DNA of 64,000 bases. It comes from Flectonema sp. DT1601 (Eukaryota). Position 1 is the first letter of the stretch. Every line of letters begins with the position of its first letter. The notes beneath the pieces were generated by a model that saw nothing but the letters and a program-made list of their open reading frames with translations, was not told the origin of the DNA and did no database searches. The stretch covers positions 620,001 to 684,000 of the forward strand of contig OZ025792.1 in NCBI GenBank assembly GCA_964019425.1. The letters run 5' to 3'. Below are positions 47,159-58,791 of this stretch, piece by piece. The position numbers and the translations under genes are program-made.

Positions 47159-47322
47159 TTGACTGACTGACTTCTACACCAGAACTGATGTGAGAAGAAT
47201 TGAAGTAAAGAGGTTCATGGATGACTTCCAAAACCTAAATAGTTACTTCAAAGGGATTAAGTTAAGCATCACCACGGTCACTGTATCGTTAAATTATTGT
47301 CATGTTAATATGATACAACACA
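47159..47322 (+). repeat. dispersed intergenic repeat, decayed copy of the 49060-49230 element
   Basis: TTGACTGACT.ACTTCTACACCA..ACTGATG...GAGGT..ATGGAT.ACT...AAACCTAA is shared between the two copies. Confidence 0.85.
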
Positions 47323-48120
47323 GTCCCCGCTGTATTGATATTATATAGGGAGAGTGATAGGAAGACTGCACTGAGTAGCAGTTTTTTTTTTTTTTTTTTT
47401 TCCCCATCCGAATTAAGTCCTCAGAACTTATTGAAGGACTAATGAAGTGTTGAGTGGAAAATAGCGGAATATTTTTTCTTCTTCTTCTTCTTCTTATAAA
47501 TTTAATTTTTATAGCAAAAAAAAAAAAAAAAAAAAAAAAAGCTCATCCGTTCCTGTCTGCTTGCGGTGGGGGCAGTAAGAGTTGATAGCGAGCTAAACTG
47601 TTACCCTGTTACTGACTCTTTTTTTTTTTTTTTTTTTTTGTCTTCCTAGGATTCGTAAGTAAAATAAATAAATAAAATAAACTGGAAGTGTATCACTATT
47701 AATCCTATCAGGTAGTTGAGTGCTACATGATCTTGTCTTTCTTTCATTCTTTTTCTTCTCAAATCTGCTAACTGCCTTAATTTGATTTTATGTGTTCATA
47801 TTAAAGGACATTATTGTTAGAATGAAAAAAAAAAAAAAAAAAAAAAGAATAAGAAGAAACGTAAAATCTTCGCAGTGCGGAATGGATAAACTGTCCAAGC
47901 GATTCATTTCAGCTTGCGCGTGATCGACTCCTGCGTACAAATAAATTTTTTATTTTTTTTTGGTTTTTCTCCCAAGTGATGATTGCTCATCGTCTTTTTT
48001 GCGAAATCCGCAAAAAAAAAAAAAAAATACGTTTTGTGATTGTGACAAAACAAAATTATCTTTTGTTCTGTTCTTTTGTTTTTTGTCAAATATTTATTAT
48101 AAAACCGTAGCGGCTGATGC

Positions 48121-48163
<43 letters not shown>

Positions 48164-49079
48164 TGATGTATTTCTTTCTCATGGGAAATAAGGAAGAATT
48201 TGGAGGGAAGGAAAACATCAGTCAGAGGTGTGGAATTCAGCTAAGAAAGTGCCCACCTGACCTGGTGGAAATCTTTTGTACACAAAAGCTGCATCAGCCG
48301 CCCACATAAATTTGAATTGAAAACTGATGGCGGTGGTGCGTCATCTCATCTTATTAACCTGCTGGATGTGATATTTTGTGTTGAGTCTGCTGCCAGCATT
48401 GCAAGTGACCGACTTATTTCTACATTAAAACATATCAACAGTTCACTTCATAGTCAACTGATTATCGTTTTAATGTTTTAGTAGAATGATATAATTAATA
48501 TTTTCACACCAAATTCTATAAACCTCCCCCTCTCAAACTGATAGTGCGCGGTCCCCCGAATTACCAGATTCGACAACGTCTTCTGGTCGATAAGACAAAA
48601 AAAATATAGTTTTCCCTTATTATGTTTTCTTTTTTCTAAACGTAATTTTCTTGATTAACAACTACAAATATTCTTCAGTCAAGTACTTGATATTAACTTT
48701 GTTTTTAATATCTAAAGTTGTTACTGTTCACCCCCCTCTCCCTAATTCGTAATTGGATAACTCGATTCCGTACTGCACTGAATGACAACACAGAAAAAGA
48801 GACATGTATGCAGCTAAGTTAGAAACATTGATTATAATGTAGAGCAAGTACGTCAATTGCGGAGCTGTATTAACATTTTAGTCACTGTGTCATGAGTTTT
48901 TTAATTTTATTATTGAGTTCTGATACAATACAAGAGATTTAAATTCGTATGAACCAAATCAAACAGTCTTCCCCCCTCTCCCCGTTTTTTTATTATGAAC
49001 ATGAAGCTTAAAGTAACTACATTTCAGTCCTGCAAACTGGAATGACTCAGTCTCAACATTTGACTGACTTACTTCTACA

Positions 49080-49134
49080 CCATACTGATGAGAGAGAATA
49101 GAGGTAAGAGGTATATGGATTACTCTCGAAACCT
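49080..49134 (+). ncRNA. candidate hammerhead ribozyme, non-circularly permuted
   Basis: CCATA-CTGATGA-GAGAG ... AGGT-A-TATGG ... CTCTC-GAA-ACCT: all core nucleotides plus stems of 5, 5 and 4 bp. Confidence 0.55.
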
Positions 49135-49784
49135 AATAGTTACTTTATTATGCTAAGTTGCTCATCACCATTAGTCACTGTATTTAAAACTAATGTTAAA
49201 TTATCTTTATGTTTTTATGATACAAAACAGTTGTAATTTTTACAAAATCGAACACACAAACCCCCACTCCCCACTCCCGGTGAGTAGTCAACCTTCAAAC
49301 GTATTGACCTTCCGCTTAACTATTCTTCTTCTTTGCTAGTTGGTGTAGACAAAAACACAAATAACAGCCATGCTATTGAAACACTACTTGCACTTTTTTT
49401 GTGCTTTTTTTATTTTATTTTATATATTTTTTGTTTCGTTTCTGTCCACACAATCCGAACGTGTGCTCAACGGAGTGTTTCCCGCTCTTAAATTGCCACG
49501 GTTTCCCTTTGTAGAGATTTGATTCTCCCATTTTATTTAGTTCACACTATCAGTCTGAATTAAGTTGATTGCAGCGTTCTGTTACTTCGTGTTGCAGCTT
49601 CAAGTTAAATTAGTTTTTTTTATTTTATAGAAATATTAAGTCATACAAGCAATTATTGAACAAATGTCATATTATTGTACAGGGTTGGGGGGATGATGTA
49701 TTCTAGGATGGAGGTTTTTGATTTGATTTATTTTTTATGTTTTCCCCCCTCCCAACAGTAGTATTCTGATCACAAAACACAATA

Positions 49785-50780
49785 ATGAGATCCTTACTGT
49801 TCTTGGGAACTTCATTAATGCTGATGGGCACGGCCCAGGCGGTAAACGCTGTTGACATGTGGACGTGTGTTCAGGACAGTGACTGTGCGGTTTTTGGAGA
49901 TGCCAGGTCGCAGTGTCTCAACACAGGAAGATGTCTTTGTTCTACTGGTTACTCTTCATTCAGAGGTGGTCAGGCAGCTGGAAGTGAGTTCTTTGGATGC
50001 ATATCTGATGTTGAGCCGACCACTGTTACCAACGCCAGGTGGATTGAAGTCGTTATTTCTCTTTCATTTGGACAATTTAGTACCTGCACTGACACAACTG
50101 TAACTTCTTGGTCAGATCTCTTCCTTCATCACATTGAATCGATACTAAGAAGACAAGCAAGTACTCGTACTACACCAGACCCAAGTCATGTTGGTATTCC
50201 ATTGTGGCAGAATGTTACTCAAGTAAATCACTTTTGTACTCCAGTCACTCCAGTTGTAACATCAACTGTTACAGGTATTGATTCCGTCATATTGGCAACT
50301 GTTACTATTGGTGATTTGTATTCTCTTTTTCCTACTTTCGAAACAACTCTTCAAGCAAGACTTAACGCTGATCCAGTTTTGTACCCAATCTTTGGTCGTC
50401 CTGCAGGTGACAACACAGTTGACGCTGTTGCGATTGCTTACTCATACGCTCACACTAGGTCTGGTTCACAAAGATTGTGTCCAGTCGATCAGGCTAATGG
50501 ACAGTATGTGAGTGCTTCATTCATTCCTGACTTAACAAGAACTGCAACCCCAGTTGCTACTTCTGTTAAATGCAGACTTTCAAAGTGCCACGCTGGATTC
50601 GACTATTCTCTCACAGGTTGTGCTGTCACTCCTACACCAGTTCCTCCTGTGAGTGATGATGACTTAAGCACTGGAGCTCTAGTTGGTATTATTGTTGGAG
50701 CTGTTTGTGGTCTTTGTATTATTATTCTTATTATCTACTGTTGTTGCTGTAGATCGAGTGATGATAAGGAGGAAATGTAA
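49785..50780 (+). CDS. type I membrane protein with an N-terminal EGF/EB-like module
   Basis: Signal peptide, CVQDSDC...C...GRCLCSTGY, TM GALVGIIVGAVCGLCIIILIIY and a Cys cluster. Confidence 0.92.
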   Translation: MRSLLFLGTSLMLMGTAQAVNAVDMWTCVQDSDCAVFGDARSQCLNTGRCLCSTGYSSFRGGQAAGSEFFGCISDVEPTTVTNARWIEVVISLSFGQFSTCTDTTVTSWSDLFLHHIESILRRQASTRTTPDPSHVGIPLWQNVTQVNHFCTPVTPVVTSTVTGIDSVILATVTIGDLYSLFPTFETTLQARLNADPVLYPIFGRPAGDNTVDAVAIAYSYAHTRSGSQRLCPVDQANGQYVSASFIPDLTRTATPVATSVKCRLSKCHAGFDYSLTGCAVTPTPVPPVSDDDLSTGALVGIIVGAVCGLCIIILIIYCCCCRSSDDKEEM

Positions 50781-52358
50781 AAGGCTTTAAATCCATATTT
50801 GTTATTATAGTTTAGTATTACAGCTTTCAGGCTCGTATGAGGCTGGTGGGTGTCCCTGTTGTGGGGTTCAAAAGGGTTGAGGGAAAAAAAAAAAAAAAGA
50901 TGAAGATTTTGTTTTTTTCTCTCATTCTCTTTACCCCTCGTCCCAATTAGTGTTTTTCCGCCCTCTTGGCTTAAAAGCATCAGCTGTAGTCACTGCCCTA
51001 AAAATATTGTTCTTATGTATTATTGTAATTCTACATGTGAACAAGTTAACTCTTCTGTTAGTCAGCACTCCCTTCTTCCTGTTTTCCCCTTAGTGTTCTG
51101 AATCCCTTTTCGCTTCCTCTCATTCCACCCCCCCCGTTCATTGGCCCCCCTGCCTCTTCGCAATTAGTTGTGAGATACGGCAGACCTGTTATATGCGTTT
51201 TTTTCTTCTTTTTTTTTCTTTTTCCAGAATTATTCTCTTTACAAGGCCTTTGTACAAGTTTAAAAGGAGGTTAGAGTTGGCGAGCACATATCCGATCTCA
51301 TGCCTTTTGGAAGGAAAATGAAAAAAGTAAAATAAAAGTTGCGCTCTGAGGCCACCCAACTTTTTACAGATGGAGAACAAGTTTAGCCAATTATTCTATT
51401 TTTTTTGTTTTGTTTTGAATGAAAAACGAGCTTCCCCCATGTTGCTAAACATATTCTTTACCCATGAGTGACTCGCTTTGACGGGGCTCACTTGAAAAAA
51501 AAAAAAAAAAAAAAACTTTTTTTTCAAAAAAAAAAAATCCAGCCGAGATGACCACCACATTTCCAGCTTATTCCTGGAGGTGGGTTTTTCGTTGTTGGTA
51601 TTGCATACAGATAGTAGCCATTTTTCTGACGCAGAAGGTAGTCCTTCGTTCTGTCTCAGCCTTACCGATTAGACAGCCAATGCCAATAGAAAAAGGTAAA
51701 TGAGCACTTGGAATCAGCTGCCTTTTGTTTTCTTTCTTTTGTTTTCTTTTAATGAGTCTCTGGCTTCGTTTAGGGTTGGCACTGCTGCATTGTTTTTGAA
51801 AATACGGAGCGATGGCTTTACTGCGACTCATGTCTGTTTCGAGAGGGCCCTTTCTTAGATCTGGATCGTAGTGGTGCAGTGGTCGATTTCTGCCCAACCC
51901 TCACTGTACGTAGTGTTTCGTGTGTGTTATCTTTGCAACTTGCTTGGCCAGGGTGGCGTTGTTCCCCTCGGCCCCCAAGAAAAAAAAAAAGCATTTGCAA
52001 GACAAGAAAGAAATAACAACAGTCAGTGGGAAAAAAAAAAAAAAAAAAAATAAATAAAAATGTAAAAACATCGAAGGAAAAAAAAAGAAAAGAATAACCT
52101 TAGAAGGAAGAAGCGAAAAACAAAAAGAAAGGAAGCCCCCCGACCCCTTTTTACAAAAAAAAAAAAAAAGCAATGAAAAGAAAATGTTGTATGAATTAAG
52201 AATTGAACTAAAATAGCAAAATTTTATATAAACTAATTTCTCTTTCCAGAACAGAACCAGGTCGATGAGAGTTTTGTGACTAACAATAATATCTTGTATG
52301 TTCACTCTGTTTCAATAATGTATTTCTAAGGTACAATAGAATAAAATAAAATAAGAAA

Positions 52359-52841
52359 ATGGTAACCACCCAACAACCAGGTGCATGCCATCCAAGGTTT
52401 TCACCGAATGCGAAACCTTATTGCTCTTCAAACCCATCTAATTATGAAGGGCTGAGTGACAGTGCATCAAGTGGATGTACTCCTAAGATGATTTTTGGAT
52501 CAAGTCCAGCATTGTCAACACCGGGTTGTAACCCGATGGCGAAACCTTTTATTCCATCATCTCAGCAGCTTGACTTGAATGAATCTGTGAGACAGTCTTT
52601 TAGTTTAGATAAATTGATTTCACTTAAAAATATTTCAACTGACGTTCATCTTAGTAGCGACGTACCTCCTGAAATTTTGTCATCTCAGCAACAAGATGCT
52701 CACAACTGGGTTGCTAAAGCTTGTCAGGTAGTTTCTTCATCGCAAGCTGTTGAGAAATTGCCTGCTGATTCTACTCCATCAGCTCCAATCACTCTCATGA
52801 GTTTCATAAAGTCAAAGGAAGTCTTGATCAACTCAGATTAA
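52359..52841 (+). CDS. small protein with two PAM2-like motifs
   Basis: FSPNAKPY and CNPMAKPFIPS resemble PAM2 (LNPNAKEFVP). Confidence 0.7.
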   Translation: MVTTQQPGACHPRFSPNAKPYCSSNPSNYEGLSDSASSGCTPKMIFGSSPALSTPGCNPMAKPFIPSSQQLDLNESVRQSFSLDKLISLKNISTDVHLSSDVPPEILSSQQQDAHNWVAKACQVVSSSQAVEKLPADSTPSAPITLMSFIKSKEVLINSD

Positions 52842-53102
52842 GCTTTCTGAGGATACATAAAATATGTTAATTAATATTAGAATTCTTATACTTGTTTTAT
52901 ATCTAGCCCGTCTTATAGCATTATTGAGAGAAAGGTTTACCTTTATAGTTGCCTTTGGTCGTCATAGCATCTCGTTTTAATTTAAGTTCAGATTTTTTTT
53001 TCCTGTTTAATACTAACTTCTTGTTCGTTTATCTTATTTTATTTATTTATGAGTGGTATGTTAGTTTTTTTTTTTTTGTAAGAATTATAGCATCGTTTTT
53101 CC

Positions 53103-53137
<35 letters not shown>

Positions 53138-53139
<2 letters not shown>

Positions 53140-53308
53140 ATTTAACGAGTATTGTAAGAACGAAAAAGAATTTTGGCAGAACACGTAAACCTCTTTTTAG
53201 CTTTATCAGTTTTAAGTAGGTTTCACTATTTTGTGTACAAACGGAACCATCAGCAGTACCGTATTACTGTTTTCTGTGTAGTTTCTTTTGAGTTAAAGCC
53301 AATTCTTT
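53138..53308 (+). repeat. diverged copy of the 165-bp dispersed repeat
   Basis: GCATTTAACGAGTATTGTAAGAACG...GTTAAAGCCAATTCTTT. Confidence 0.88.
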
Positions 53309-53329
53309 TGTTCTTTTTCTTTCTACCCG

Positions 53330-54145
53330 ATCGGCGGTTTCTCAATCTTCGAAGGATTATGTTCACTCTTATTGACAAACAATATCCAATACACGACCTA
53401 CCTCACAAGTCTTTGTGATGATGGTTTATAGCATTATTTATCAGAGTGATGACATAACATTGTTTCTCTATATTCCTTTTTGTTTTTATGGAGGAGTCGT
53501 GTTGTACTCTCCTGTAGTTTTTATTCTCTCCCGCCGCGATTTTCGAATCTTGGAAAGGTTTGACAGCATCCAATACACGACCTCACGAGTCCTTTTTTTA
53601 GTAGTTATAACACCTCTGGTTCTAAACGTTATTTTTCTTTGATTGAAAACTACAAAATATTCTTTTCAGTCAAATCCTTTGATATTAATTTTGTTTTTTA
53701 AGTACCTAAAGTTGGTACTGTTTTTACATTGTCAAAGTTTCACCCCCCGCGATTTCCGAATCTTGGAAAGGTTTGACAGCATCCAATACACGACCTCACG
53801 AGTCCTTTTTAGTAGTTTATAGCATCTCAGAGTTTTGAATGTTTTTTTCTTCTTTTTTTTTTCTCTTTTTCATTTCCCGAATCCACACACACACCAAGTG
53901 TTTTCATTTCTATTTTGTGATTTACCCCTCTTCGAACAGTAATGTTTGTCTTGTGGTGATTAGGATGTATTTTTCTTCTTTTTTTCCCCCCAGTAGGACA
54001 TATTAATAAAACATCGTTACATTTGGAATCCATTAATAAGAAAATTGTTTTCCTCCCCTTCAGCAAATATATTTTCCAGTCCAAGTACTTTGATATTAAT
54101 TTTGATTTTAATACCAAAAGTTGTTACTGTTTTAAAGTTTCACTC
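53330..54145 (+). repeat. ~215-bp-period diverged tandem repeat, with a related copy at ~48550-48735
   Basis: GAATCTTGGAAAGGTTTGACAGCATCCAATACACGACCTCACGAG occurs twice. TTGATATTAA.TTTG..TTTTAA...AAAGTTG.TACTGTT occurs at ~48690, ~53680 and ~54090. Confidence 0.8.
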
Positions 54146-54168
54146 CCTTCAGCAATCCAACTGCTGTG

Positions 54169-54387
54169 ATGGCTGTTTCGAATAAACCAAAACCGGTTCT
54201 TTCAGAATGTTTGGCTTCTTGTGATGAAAAAGACCTGAGAAATCCTCAGATTTGTTATGAAGGTTGTCTTAAGAGTTGCCATCCATCGACTTATCAACTT
54301 CCAACTCGGGGTAACATGAAAGCACATTCGGGAGTGACGAAATTTAAGGGATTTAGTCTCGTACCTAATTCTCTGATGGATTTATAG
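54169..54387 (+). CDS. possible small Cys-motif protein (72 aa)
   Basis: C-x3-C-x10-C-x3-C-x3-C pattern, with CTCCCTTCAG upstream of the ATG. Confidence 0.4.
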   Translation: MAVSNKPKPVLSECLASCDEKDLRNPQICYEGCLKSCHPSTYQLPTRGNMKAHSGVTKFKGFSLVPNSLMDL

Positions 54388-54666
54388 TGTTTTGAGAAGT
54401 AGAGCTGTCTTTAACATACCTACTTGATATCATAATCTGAACAAGCCACTCTTATTAGCAATTACACTTCTTTTTTTAAAAGTTTTTTTCTTAAGTTTCT
54501 TTTTAATATTTTGTGCCATCGGACGAATCAGCCCGAAAAGAACCAAAAAAAACCCTATTTGTTTATTGTGATTTTAATTATTTCTTACAGATGCATCAAT
54601 AACAAAAAAAGTGAAAAAAAAGTGAAAAAAAAAAAACTCAACAAAAAACGAGAAGAAAAAAAATAA

Positions 54667-57630
54667 ATGTCGGGGCATGAGGTTCTGAGAGCCATTCAGG
54701 AAGCATCAAGTCCGACAAGCAGCTACCGTCAGGAAGCTGATGATTGGTTGCAGGCATTTATAAAAAGTGATGATGGATGGATGCTAATGGGATGGATTGG
54801 TTCTGATGTCGAAGATACCGTTCAGTTCTTTGCTTGTCACGCGATAAAATTAAAAATAGCAACTTCCTACTACACGTTATCTGAAGAACATCGAGAACAG
54901 GTTTGGAGACAACTATTACTGAAGACTCAAATATTACACAAATTACCCAGAGCAGCGACACTTCAATTCTGTTGGGCGGTTGCTAAGGCCTGTCCATATC
55001 ACAGTCAGTCAGGAATGGTTCAACTACTTGAGAACGGATATATCGATTCTCGTTTTAGTCACACTCTTGAGATTGTTCATAATGTTGGAGATGATGCTTA
55101 TCGTGTGATGTGTGATGCTACAGAGTTTGATAAACACATCAAAGTTAGTTATGATCAAATCGATGAGGGAGATCTTCGCAACGTCGAGAATGAACCACTC
55201 CCAGTTGATACGAATCCATTAGTAATAGTTGCTCGTCTTTGTGCTTCTCAAGTTGTTTCCTGGCTCTCATCAGCAATAGAGGCTCATCCGAGTGAAGTAA
55301 ATCGAATAAACAGCTGCTTCGCAATGTGGGTTCCGTTCATTCCCGCGAATCAAATATCATCTTGTTTAATAACAAAACAATGTCTTGATAATATCCTTCA
55401 GTTATCTTATACGGAAAGCTCTGCCGATGTTTGGATTGCAATTTCTCGATTCTGCACACACGAAGTTGCAGCGGAAATGTACAGTATAATGCCACCAACT
55501 GTATTAAGCTGCGATAGACTAAAAGGAGCACCTGAAGAAGTTGTGATTAGTGTAAGTCGAGCAGTCTGTGCTATTGGTAAGGCTAATGCTAGAAACTTTG
55601 TACATCAACTACGACAAGAGTCAGTTAGGACTTCATTACATATATTCTCTAACTTAATAGGTTCTTCTGATGATGAGGTTTCTGCTTCCGCTGGTGCAGT
55701 CCTCACTGCAGTCGTATCTCAGATGGATAGCGTCGTGCGTGATGTTCCTGTTTTTCATGAAATCATTCCGACGATACTTAAAAATATATTATCAAAAATA
55801 GAACTAACTCCAACAAAGATCAAATCAGAGTCTCGAGAACAAGACGAAGAACGTTGTGAGATCTACAGAGACTGCATTCGATTGACATCAAGAGTAGCAT
55901 CTGACTCAGCAATGAGTAGTGGATTAGAGATGTTGAGATCTGTTATGAAGATCGCTGGCATGCAAAAGAAATGGGACTTCGTATCTTTAGAAGCTGTTTT
56001 GTCATTACTAATGTGGATTCAGTTTCCTTTACCTGTTTCAATAGCTGGTGTTGAATGTTTACACACACAGTTGATTACTTATGTTAAGAATATCGCTTAC
56101 TCATTTCCATTTGAACAATTAGCTCGTCAAGACACTACATCATCGCTGCTGGAGACTTTATCGAAATTATTAACTTCAGCTGATATTTCTGGATGGTTAA
56201 AACATCACGCGAGTACTGAACAAGTTCTTCTAGTTGTGGATATCATCGTTCGGTCCTTCAATGCAGAACCAACTCCTCAGACTGCGAGGTGTTTTAGAAA
56301 TCTGTGTTTGTTTTGTAACAGAAGATTCCTAAAACTTGGATCTGTGAGAAACTGTCCATCAACACCAACATGTGGAACTCCATTACGAGGGACTGGGAAT
56401 TCAATGTCTGTATTAACACCTTCTAGACAGATTAGGACTCGAGGAGGAGGAGGGTTTGATACCCCAGCACAAGCTACTCCTGGATCTGTTGCAGCTGTCG
56501 CACGTGATTTTGAATACACTCAAGAATATATGGATTTAGAAGAACAATTATGTTCTGTATTAGTGACTGCAGTACGCAATCCAAGACTTAACTCTGAAGT
56601 AATCCTACTTATTGGTCAGGGAGTAGCTGATGTAATCCAACAACCTATTCTTTGTGCAGCAACCAACAGTAGTAATCTTGATAAGTTAGTAACAACACTC
56701 GTGTCAGATTGTTTTGAAGGATCAATCAATGCTGGAACTGCTCTTGGTGCCCTTCTTAGAGTCGCTTCTAATTTATGTAATGTTACTAATCTTAATGTTA
56801 CTTTGTTACTTGAGACTTGGACTTCGTATTGTCCGAGAATTATGGATGTGATTTCTTTTATATTAACACCATCTGGTGAGACTTACACGAGTGACGAAGT
56901 CTTATCAGCATGTGGATTAATAATGAGAGGTCTCATGGGAGCTTTGAGGGGGAACATCGCTCATAACTTGGGAGGTATCTTTACTGCTGTCACCAGCAGT
57001 CTTCGGTTTCGTATATCAGCATCGATGTTTATTGTGTTGGGAGATGCTGTTCACTACTATAGAATAAATTCAAATGCAGCTCCTCTTCTAAAGCAAACAA
57101 TCCTCGACGCTGTTGGTATAGCCAGAGATAATAGTGATGTTGTGTTGAGGAATCCAGATGTCGCTGCTGCTTTTTTTAGTTTGCTTAGGTTTGCTGTTCT
57201 CACTCCTTATAAACACAATGAAGTGAATTATTTAATATCCTTGTTTGAAGAGGATAATATAACTGATTGGTTAACCATTACTAGCACTGTACTTCACAAT
57301 GATATTTTATCTGTGCCTAGTTTACGAGTTATGATTAGATTTGTGTCGACGTTGGCGAGTACGAAATTCATTAACACCAACATTGAATTGGTGTTGACGA
57401 TAGTATTGAGGTCGGCTATTTCAAAGCCGGTAGACTTAGTCAGATCTCTTGGATATGTTTATGATAAAATTAGAATTCATCTCTCAGATCACATCATCAT
57501 CGCTTCTCTACGGAATGTTCGTTGTCCAGAGTCGTTAATTTCAACTCTCCAAAATGAATTAAGTGACTCTGATTCAACTATAGCAATGACAAAGTTCCAT
57601 TATGCATCAAAACAGTTAAAACAGAGTTGA
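54667..57630 (+). CDS. karyopherin-beta family protein (importin-13/transportin-3-like HEAT repeats)
   Basis: The N-terminal RQEADDWLQAFIKSDDGW...VQFFACHAIKLKI...LSEEHREQV is typical of the importin-beta N-terminal domain. 987 aa, helical. Confidence 0.85.
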   Translation: MSGHEVLRAIQEASSPTSSYRQEADDWLQAFIKSDDGWMLMGWIGSDVEDTVQFFACHAIKLKIATSYYTLSEEHREQVWRQLLLKTQILHKLPRAATLQFCWAVAKACPYHSQSGMVQLLENGYIDSRFSHTLEIVHNVGDDAYRVMCDATEFDKHIKVSYDQIDEGDLRNVENEPLPVDTNPLVIVARLCASQVVSWLSSAIEAHPSEVNRINSCFAMWVPFIPANQISSCLITKQCLDNILQLSYTESSADVWIAISRFCTHEVAAEMYSIMPPTVLSCDRLKGAPEEVVISVSRAVCAIGKANARNFVHQLRQESVRTSLHIFSNLIGSSDDEVSASAGAVLTAVVSQMDSVVRDVPVFHEIIPTILKNILSKIELTPTKIKSESREQDEERCEIYRDCIRLTSRVASDSAMSSGLEMLRSVMKIAGMQKKWDFVSLEAVLSLLMWIQFPLPVSIAGVECLHTQLITYVKNIAYSFPFEQLARQDTTSSLLETLSKLLTSADISGWLKHHASTEQVLLVVDIIVRSFNAEPTPQTARCFRNLCLFCNRRFLKLGSVRNCPSTPTCGTPLRGTGNSMSVLTPSRQIRTRGGGGFDTPAQATPGSVAAVARDFEYTQEYMDLEEQLCSVLVTAVRNPRLNSEVILLIGQGVADVIQQPILCAATNSSNLDKLVTTLVSDCFEGSINAGTALGALLRVASNLCNVTNLNVTLLLETWTSYCPRIMDVISFILTPSGETYTSDEVLSACGLIMRGLMGALRGNIAHNLGGIFTAVTSSLRFRISASMFIVLGDAVHYYRINSNAAPLLKQTILDAVGIARDNSDVVLRNPDVAAAFFSLLRFAVLTPYKHNEVNYLISLFEEDNITDWLTITSTVLHNDILSVPSLRVMIRFVSTLASTKFINTNIELVLTIVLRSAISKPVDLVRSLGYVYDKIRIHLSDHIIIASLRNVRCPESLISTLQNELSDSDSTIAMTKFHYASKQLKQS

Positions 57631-57716
57631 TTTTATTTTATTATTTAGAGTATTTTTTTTTCTTTTTTTTTTTCTGTAGTACTGAAACAGTCAAACCGTA
57701 TATCGGTTTTTTTTTT

Positions 57717-57822
57717 GCATTTAACAAGTATTGTAAGAACGAAAAAGAATGTTGGGCAGCACACGTAAACCTCCTTTAGCTTTATCAGTTTAAGTCGGTT
57801 CACGGTTTCGTGCACAAACAAA
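57717..57822 (+). repeat. partial copy of the 165-bp dispersed repeat
   Basis: Nearly identical to 703-807. Confidence 0.93.
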
Positions 57823-58791
57823 TTTTTGTTTCTTTTATTAAGGACTTGTCCTTCAGTCGGTGAAAATAACCTTTTTTTTTTATTTTTTTTTTTTTAGATT
57901 TATTTTTTTTTGAATTTGTTACTGTTTTTTCTTATTATTGTTATTTTTTTATTTTAATCAAAAACGGGCAATCTTGGCTGTGAGAGATCCCCTCCCTCAA
58001 AAAAAACAAAACAAATCAAATTTCATCCCCTTATTTGCAACAAGTAGATTTATCGATACCAATTGTTGGTCTTTTTTACATGGCTGAACTCTATTGTATT
58101 GGTTTGTAGTCTCTAGTTGATTTGTATTTAGTTAAAGTAGCATGTATGAGATTGACGCAGTGCGTTCTACTTTATATATGAAATTCAAGTATTTTATTTC
58201 GGTTTCTTCCTCCATGAGTAATTCTCATGTAGGTCGTCATTGTTTTTTTCATTTTTGTTTGTCGCGTTCTTTCAGTTCGCGATAAAGCTGTTTCGTGTAA
58301 ACATTTGATTGCTTATAATTACTTCTTTGTGTTGTATCATTTTTATGTTGATTTTGTCTCTTTCTTGTTTTTACTATTCGCGCCTTCGAATGAATACATT
58401 GTAGCTCAGAATGAATCAGTAAATGGATTTGTCCTCAATGGTTCTACTGCACTAGCACAAGGCCAGCATGCGCGAAAAAAAAAAAAAAGAAAGAACAGAA
58501 TATTCTTCACCTTGTGTTTGTGTTGCAAACAGCTTGAGGATTGAAGCGTTAAAAAAAAAAAAAATAAGAAAGAAAGTTTTTTTTTTTTTTGTAAAGTGGC
58601 TGTTCAATAATACAGCAATAAAGTGAATGAAAAAAAAAAAAAAACGACAACAATAACGAACCAAAAAAACTTAGATCCCGACCAGCATATGTGTATTAGT
58701 ACAAGTATGCTATAATATTTGTGAACATTTATTATTTTTTTTTGAAAATATTTTCAAAAAAAAATTACTTTTCATCACAGTTATCTAATTA

